Below, piece after piece: positions 58,228-64,000 of a stretch of 64,000 bases of DNA (positions are counted from its first letter, which is position 1; the number at the start of each line of letters is the position of its first letter). The stretch comes from a bacterium (GTDB taxonomy: Bacteria; Zhuqueibacterota; Zhuqueibacteria; Residuimicrobiales; Krinioviventaceae), in the NCBI GenBank assembly GCA_963693055.1, contig OY843751.1, positions 4,896,001-4,960,000 on the forward strand. The letters are read 5' to 3'. The notes under the pieces are model-generated. The model was given only the letters and a program-made list of their open reading frames with translations. It ran no database searches and was not told the DNA's origin. A program made the translations under genes and the position numbers.

Positions 58228-58938
58228 CTACCTCCCATTCAATTCTTGAACTAGATCTATATTATAATCATATTTAATTCCTACTACGGTATTGTTAGGT
58301 GATAACAAAAAAATGGTGTTGCCTTTACAATCAAATTGATCGCATTCATGGTTATGGATAGTAACCTTGATCTTGCCTGAAATTTCACCCTTGATCAATA
58401 CAAATGCTCTTGAAGGGGTTTCACAAAGTTTTAAAAGCTCAACCCGCCGCTCTTTTAAATAGTATAAAATTGAATCCAAAGTCCGTTGACGATTTATCAA
58501 CTTGTCCAATTCTTCCTGAACATTACCAGAAATATTCTCTTCAATGGAGGTAGAAATAACTTTTATTCGTTGTTCAAGACTTGCAATTTCTTCTTCCACT
58601 GCTTCAAGTTTATCTTCAATATCATAATCGCTTCCAACTTTGAAATGCATGACAGCATTTTCAGCCACCTCCACATCTTTGACAATTATCCTTTCTCCTG
58701 CCACCAAAATTGAATTTTGAGCGCTTTTTACCTTACCATCTATCTGAATCGTCTCGGCAGCAAAAAGACATGAATTTTGCACATCATTTTCTACAAATAT
58801 ATTCTGACGTGTTTTATATATTTTATTTTGAATAGATTTACATTCAATATTTGATTCTAAAAGTGAAACCGAACACATAACCACCCTCAACACTTTTTTA
58901 AACTTGTAAACAACACCCTGATAAAAACCACCCACCAT
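58228..58938 (-). CDS. Short FapA/DUF342 C-terminal-like protein
   Basis: Beta-helix-like region, KVGSDY then a coiled coil, VLIKGEISGKIKVTI; start uncertain. Confidence 0.45.
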   Translation of the reverse strand: MVGGFYQGVVYKFKKVLRVVMCSVSLLESNIECKSIQNKIYKTRQNIFVENDVQNSCLFAAETIQIDGKVKSAQNSILVAGERIIVKDVEVAENAVMHFKVGSDYDIEDKLEAVEEEIASLEQRIKVISTSIEENISGNVQEELDKLINRQRTLDSILYYLKERRVELLKLCETPSRAFVLIKGEISGKIKVTIHNHECDQFDCKGNTIFLLSPNNTVVGIKYDYNIDLVQELNGR

Positions 58939-58973
58939 TTAATAATTGATAATCAATATTATGGCAATTCTAT

Positions 58974-58989
58974 ATCAAAATTCGTACCA
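58974..58989 (-). promoter_or_regulatory. Putative sigma54 promoter for the FapA-like/cheW/MCP operon
   Basis: Minus strand TGGTACGAATTTTGAT (GG-N10-GA; the -12 element deviates from GC). Confidence 0.45.
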
Positions 58990-59053
58990 AAACCGCAAAC
59001 CCTTTATAAACAATGCATTAGTGCGACGATCACAAAAAGGATAAACTTTAATT

Positions 59054-59204
59054 TGCCATTTTGACAATTTTTAAAAATGGATTAAATTCGGTCCTAAACA
59101 AGAAAATATAAAATTATTTACGCACAACACGTAAATAATCGACCATTTTAGAAATTTGGGCTATTTTAGAAATGAAATTCCCCAAATTGTCATTTTGACA
59201 ATTT
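59054..59204. promoter_or_regulatory. Two putative enhancer-binding-protein sites TGTCA-N3-TGACA
   Basis: TGCCATTTTGACA (59054-59066) and AAATTGTCATTTTGACAATTT (59184-59204), upstream of the sigma54-like motif. Confidence 0.55.
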
Positions 59205-60549
59205 AATATTGATATGAATGAAGTTTACGATACAGCGTCTTTAAGCCAATATCTAATAGTCTGGCGGTTTTCTCTTTGTCGTGATTACAGTATTCATAAA
59301 CCTTGAGGATGTGTTTGCGTTCAACAGTTTGGAGTGTGTCAATTTGTTCTTCACTGAGCTGTTCTGCTTCCTGCCTTGCAAGATGCGCTTTTTGAATTTC
59401 AACAGGCAAATGAATGATCTTGGGCGGTTTCCCTTTTGACAGCAACAATGCCCGGTCAATTACATTTTCAAGTTCCCGTACATTGCCCGGCCAATCATAC
59501 ATCATTAATGCGATAATGAATGATTCAGAAAACTGCATGGTACATTGTTTTCTACGGATAAAATGCTCCATAATTAAGGGTATATCTTGCTTTCTTTCCC
59601 GTAATGGCGGCAGAGTTATCTCGAATCCGGCGAGTCGAAAATAAAGGTCTTTTCGAAACATTCCATTCTCAATTTCCTCTTCCAGATTACGATTTGTAGA
59701 ACAAACAAACCGAACATCCACATTTATCTCTGCAGTTCCTCCTACCCTGCGTACCGTACCGGTTTCAACAACTCGCAAAAGCTTGGCTTGCAGTTCAATA
59801 GGCATTTCTCCAATCTCATCCAGAAACAAGGTCCCCTGATTTGCGACTTCAAATAAACCGTATTTACGATTTATTGCTCCTGAAAAAGCACCTTTTTCAT
59901 GTCCAAAGAATTCACTTTCCAGAAGATCTTGAGGTATAGCTGCACAGTTGACTGGAATAAACGGTTCATTGCTGCGCGAACTTTTTTGATGGATGGCTTT
60001 GGCAATCAATTCTTTACCTGTGCCGCTCTCTCCGGTCACCAGTACAGAAATATCAGAATCAGCAACAGAATCAACCTGTTCAAGAGTTTTGTGTAATTTT
60101 TCAGACTTGCCTGCAATTGCCGGAAATTGTTCACGATGTAACTGTTGTTTCAACTTTTGATTTTTTTCATATAGCAGCTTGTTCTGATATAACCGCTCAA
60201 CCACTTTATTGATTTTATCAAGGTCAAAAGGTTTGGTAAAATAATCATCAGCGCCAATTTTAATTGCCTCAACAGCCCCCTGAATGGATGAATATCCTGT
60301 AACCAATATAACCTGAGCATTGATATCAAACGATTTGATCATTTTCAACAGTTCAATACCATCTATCTTGCTCATAACAACATCAGAGATCACCAGATCA
60401 TACACATACTTTCTATAGAGCTGAAATGCCTCTATTGCAGTACCAATAGTTTCTACATGATACTCTTGACTCTTGAGAAAATCAGCCAGACTTTCCCGCA
60501 GATCAAGATCATCATCCACAATCAATATACTAAAATCGCGGTTCGACAT
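59203..60549 (-). CDS. Sigma54-dependent response regulator (NtrC/AtoC family)
   Basis: REC domain (ILIVDDD, ISDVVM), GESGTGKE, FGHEKGAFSGA, LFLDEIGE, WPGNVRELEN, C-terminal HTH. Confidence 0.96.
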   Translation of the reverse strand: MSNRDFSILIVDDDLDLRESLADFLKSQEYHVETIGTAIEAFQLYRKYVYDLVISDVVMSKIDGIELLKMIKSFDINAQVILVTGYSSIQGAVEAIKIGADDYFTKPFDLDKINKVVERLYQNKLLYEKNQKLKQQLHREQFPAIAGKSEKLHKTLEQVDSVADSDISVLVTGESGTGKELIAKAIHQKSSRSNEPFIPVNCAAIPQDLLESEFFGHEKGAFSGAINRKYGLFEVANQGTLFLDEIGEMPIELQAKLLRVVETGTVRRVGGTAEINVDVRFVCSTNRNLEEEIENGMFRKDLYFRLAGFEITLPPLRERKQDIPLIMEHFIRRKQCTMQFSESFIIALMMYDWPGNVRELENVIDRALLLSKGKPPKIIHLPVEIQKAHLARQEAEQLSEEQIDTLQTVERKHILKVYEYCNHDKEKTARLLDIGLKTLYRKLHSYQY

Positions 60550-61624
60550 CCTTGCCCCGCGCTATTGGTAATAAAACTGTAAATGTAGTTCCTTCATACA
60601 ACATGCTGGTAACAAATATAGTCCCATCGTGTTCCTGAACAATGCTATTACAAATAAAAAGGCCTAATCCTGTACCTTTCCCCGGAGGTTTTGTGGTAAA
60701 AAATGGATCAAAAATATGATTTTTAATTTTATCAGGAATCCCATCTCCTGTATCACTAGCACTGATCATAACACATTCTTGCCCCTTGTAAACCATATTT
60801 TTGGTAATAACTGTAATTTTACCATTTGTATGAATAGCATCCATTGCATTGATCAACAGGTTTAACAATACCTGTTCTATTTTGGTTTTGATTGCAAAAA
60901 CTGCTCGTAAATCGGGATCAAGTTGTGTAATAAATTCTATATTGTTTTTCTTGAGTTGTGTTTCTAAAAGACTATTGACAGTTTGTATTAATTTATTAAT
61001 ATCAACAGATTCATAAAACTGGTCAGCATTTCTAGAAAATCCCAACAGATTTTGGATGATATCTGCCATACGGTCAACATTCTCATCAATATTCATGGCC
61101 TGCTTTAAAAGCTTTTCATCATCAATTGCATTGGCAATAATCTTCATCCGGGTTTTAATAACAGTCAGGGGAGTATTTAACTGGTGGGCCATACCCGCAG
61201 CAAGCTGCCCTACAGTTTCCATTTTATGAGATTGGTAAAGTCTTTGCTGAAGCAGTTTTTTCTGGGTTATATCTGTAACCATCAACAAATATACAAAACT
61301 GAGACCATTTTCATTTTTAACAGGCCAGGTCTTGATATTAACCGGGATCAAATTGCCGTTTTTATGAATACATTCTATTTCAAATTCTTCCGCAATTTGT
61401 TTATCGTCAATCTCTATCCAGATCTTTTCAATCGTTTCAGTCCATTTTAGGGGTAGTAATTTTTTAAAGGCAAGCCCTTCTAATTCAGAATGTTCGTATC
61501 CCAGCAACTCACAAAACGCCGGATTTGCACCGGTGATTGTTTGAGCTTTGGCTAAAAATACAATCCCATCTTTACTTGTATCAAATAAAAATTTGTAATC
61601 TGAACAATTGGGCATATGAATCAA
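60530..61624 (-). CDS. Cytoplasmic PAS sensor histidine kinase (NtrB-like)
   Basis: PAS (ANPAFCELLGY), AAGMAHQLNTPL, QVLLNLLINAMDA, DPFFTTKPPGKGTGLGL. Confidence 0.94.
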   Translation of the reverse strand: MIHMPNCSDYKFLFDTSKDGIVFLAKAQTITGANPAFCELLGYEHSELEGLAFKKLLPLKWTETIEKIWIEIDDKQIAEEFEIECIHKNGNLIPVNIKTWPVKNENGLSFVYLLMVTDITQKKLLQQRLYQSHKMETVGQLAAGMAHQLNTPLTVIKTRMKIIANAIDDEKLLKQAMNIDENVDRMADIIQNLLGFSRNADQFYESVDINKLIQTVNSLLETQLKKNNIEFITQLDPDLRAVFAIKTKIEQVLLNLLINAMDAIHTNGKITVITKNMVYKGQECVMISASDTGDGIPDKIKNHIFDPFFTTKPPGKGTGLGLFICNSIVQEHDGTIFVTSMLYEGTTFTVLLPIARGKDVEPRF

Positions 61625-61751
61625 TCAAAATTAATAAAGTATTTGAATATAAATTCATACAACAAGAATAATGCCAGTCTTGAGAGTAAATCGTAATTAT
61701 ACTATTTTAAAAGCATTTATAAAAAAAACAATCCCCTGATGGTTCTGATAT

Positions 61752-61786
61752 AAAAAAAGGGGCGGTTATTTTTAAGACCGCCCCTT
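61752..61786 (-). terminator. Intrinsic terminator after GH109 gene
   Basis: AAGGGGCGGT...ACCGCCCCTT stem with an A run on the left. Confidence 0.75.
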
Positions 61787-61792
61787 GAAAAA

Positions 61793-63196
61793 TCATGCTA
61801 TAATCTGAAGAGGTTTCGTATTTTTCCATTCTCCGCGGGTAAAATCAGGAAAGACTTGTGGTGCTCCGTCTTGATCAACAGAATCTTCGCTCAGCGGCCC
61901 TACAGCGCTCCAGAAACATCCTTCATATACATTCTGATCCAACGGCAGTCCTTTTCTCAGACATTCAATGATACGATAGCGCATTATAAAATCCATGCCA
62001 CCATGTCCACCCATCTTTTTCGCCAGTTCTCCCAAGCGAACATACAACGGATGTTCATATTGTTCATAAATAGCCTGTAATTTTTCACCCTCAACCCAAT
62101 CATGATGTGTTTCAGTTACACCTTCCACACCGCCTTCAATTGCAATTCGTGCAGGAAAACCCGCCAGCGTTCCTTTGGTTCCCTGGATCAGATTATGACG
62201 AGTATAAGGTCGCGGACTCGTTTCGTCCCATTGCACCATAATAGTTCGTCCCATACCGGTTTTGATAATAGAGGTATTAATATCGCCGCCTTTGAAATCC
62301 AACTGGTTCCACTTGTGTTCCGGTGGGAAATGTGATTTTGCCCAGGCGCTCCTACCTTTTGCCGGTGAAGAAAATGCTACAATACGGGAAAAATTATCAT
62401 CTCCTCTGGCAAGGTTCATATACTGTGCAACAGGACCCAATCCATGTGTAGGATATAAATTGCCGTTACGCTTCGCATAATGATAGGTACGCCACGATCC
62501 TGTTCCTCGTTCTACATCGTTCATTTGAGTACGTAGTTCATGAATATAAGCGGCTTCTCCATGTAACAGTTCACCAATAACTCCCTGACGGCACATGTTG
62601 AGATAAAGCAATTCTTCGCGACCGTAATTAACATTCTCCATCATCATACAATGTTTCCCGGTCTTTTCAGAGGTATTTACAATCTCCCACATTTCATTTA
62701 AATTAATACCTATAGGAACCTCTACAAATGCATGGGCCCCGCTCTTCATGGCCTCAATAACCATTGGCGCATGCAGCTTCCAGGGAGTAGCTATAAATAC
62801 AGCATCGGGTTTAACTTCTGCCAGCATTTTTTTCCATAAATTTTCATCACCAAAATAAGTAGCAATATTCTGATGACGGGTGCCCTTGCCCCGTTCTTTA
62901 CAGGCATTGGCGGTTTTCATTGCCAGATCTTCATACAGATCACTGATAGCAACCACTTCGGTCCCTTCAATCTCGGCAATCTGGCGTGCATGGCCGGGTC
63001 CTCGCGCTCCTACACCAATAAATGCACATCTTACGGTCTCTATTGGTGGTGCTGCATAATCACCCATATATTTTGAACCGGTGGGACGGTCAGACATGTT
63101 GTTCTTGTTTTGACCGCATCCTAAAATAAGGCCGGCACCCAAGCCACTTATAATTTTAATAAAATTGCGTCTTTCCACATTGTTGAAATCTTTCAT
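61793..63196 (-). CDS. Glycoside hydrolase family 109 (NAD+-dependent alpha-N-acetylgalactosaminidase-like), Tat-exported
   Basis: ERRNFIK Tat motif with lipobox-like Cys; IGVGARG, MMMENVNY, GNLYPTHGLGP, GGHGGMDF, FPDFTRG. Confidence 0.92.
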   Translation of the reverse strand: MKDFNNVERRNFIKIISGLGAGLILGCGQNKNNMSDRPTGSKYMGDYAAPPIETVRCAFIGVGARGPGHARQIAEIEGTEVVAISDLYEDLAMKTANACKERGKGTRHQNIATYFGDENLWKKMLAEVKPDAVFIATPWKLHAPMVIEAMKSGAHAFVEVPIGINLNEMWEIVNTSEKTGKHCMMMENVNYGREELLYLNMCRQGVIGELLHGEAAYIHELRTQMNDVERGTGSWRTYHYAKRNGNLYPTHGLGPVAQYMNLARGDDNFSRIVAFSSPAKGRSAWAKSHFPPEHKWNQLDFKGGDINTSIIKTGMGRTIMVQWDETSPRPYTRHNLIQGTKGTLAGFPARIAIEGGVEGVTETHHDWVEGEKLQAIYEQYEHPLYVRLGELAKKMGGHGGMDFIMRYRIIECLRKGLPLDQNVYEGCFWSAVGPLSEDSVDQDGAPQVFPDFTRGEWKNTKPLQIIA

Positions 63197-63229
63197 TACA
63201 ACCTCCGTTAATGACCCTAAGGTCTGTAT

Positions 63230-64000
63230 TTAATTAAAATTCATCTTTTCAGGTGGAACACAAAACCAGCTCAACTGTTCATCAACTGACATATCTTTGG
63301 GAAGCCGATCAGCAAATGGATGTGTTTGTTTAAAATGATTCAACATAAGCGTTTGCATTTTTTCCAAAACATCAGCGTTACCGGCTAAACCAGCCACATC
63401 TCGGTGTTCAAATGGATCATTCACCACATCATACAATCTATGCATCAATCCAGATGGGCCGTTGCCGGTTGCATAACCCTGTCCCAGATCACTCACTCCA
63501 GAGGTAAATATATATTTCCATTTTTCTGTACGAACCATTGCCTTGTTGTCTATTAAAAACTCGGAAAACACATAAGGTTTGTGTTCAGTGGATTTGTTTT
63601 CAATCAAAGGCACCAGACTTTTGCCCTGTGCTTTCTGCATTTTCCCTACACCTAACAGATCAGTTATTGTAGGAGCCAGATCCACAAACTCGCAAATGGG
63701 ATCAATTTCATTTTCAGATTCACAACGGTTTCCAGGACGCATAATTAAGGGAGAGCGTACAGCCTCTTCCCACATCATGTGTTTTTCAAATCGCTTATGG
63801 TGCCCCAACAGATAGCCCTGGTCGCCAATATAAATAACAAGGGTTTCATCTACCAGCCCTTGCTTGTCCAGTTCGTCTAATATAATCCCCACATTCTTGT
63901 CCAGATACTCTACAGAAGTATAGCAGGAAGCAATGATACCTCTTTTATCATCATCGCTCAAATCTTTAAAAATGGCGGGTATCCAACGATCGTCCTCGTC
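63230..64000 (-). CDS. Sulfatase family protein, C-terminal part (5' end outside window)
   Basis: Frame open to 64000; YLDKNVGIILDEL...TLVIYIGDQG..LGHH..FEK, VDLAPTI, MVRTEKWKY, LYDVVNDPFE. Confidence 0.88.
   Translation of the reverse strand, partial: DEDDRWIPAIFKDLSDDDKRGIIASCYTSVEYLDKNVGIILDELDKQGLVDETLVIYIGDQGYLLGHHKRFEKHMMWEEAVRSPLIMRPGNRCESENEIDPICEFVDLAPTITDLLGVGKMQKAQGKSLVPLIENKSTEHKPYVFSEFLIDNKAMVRTEKWKYIFTSGVSDLGQGYATGNGPSGLMHRLYDVVNDPFEHRDVAGLAGNADVLEKMQTLMLNHFKQTHPFADRLPKDMSVDEQLSWFCVPPEKMNFN

Overview
A 64 kb bacterial chromosomal segment from a diderm organism (WaaF, TolC, TonB-receptor-like gene). The gene set suggests an FCB-group-like lineage such as KSB1 or Calditrichota; this is inference only. 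Most of it is housekeeping or metabolic: argS, rsfS, folE, nrnA-like, polyprenyl synthase, RND and MacB-type exporters, an ECF sigma operon, an NtrC-family two-component system next to cheW-MCP, GH109 and a sulfatase. The standout is an AT-rich three-gene island (6640-9768, minus strand). It encodes a ThsB-type TIR protein overlapping a SLOG-patatin phospholipase fusion, followed by a TIR-TPR protein. This looks like a Thoeris-like anti-phage system with a phospholipase effector instead of the characterised SIR2, macro-TM or caspase effectors. Other notable items: a PTPS-II/folE/Chlorobium-type sepiapterin reductase cluster (likely tetrahydrobiopterin synthesis); dispersed GATC-headed hairpin repeats with compensatory changes; an AAA_14/DUF4143 gene preceded by 22-bp-periodic palindromes and a truncated DILGF-motif gene remnant; and sigma54 promoter/enhancer motifs. 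No rRNA, tRNA, CRISPR array, integrase or intact transposase was recognised. All family assignments come from motifs read by eye, not database searches.
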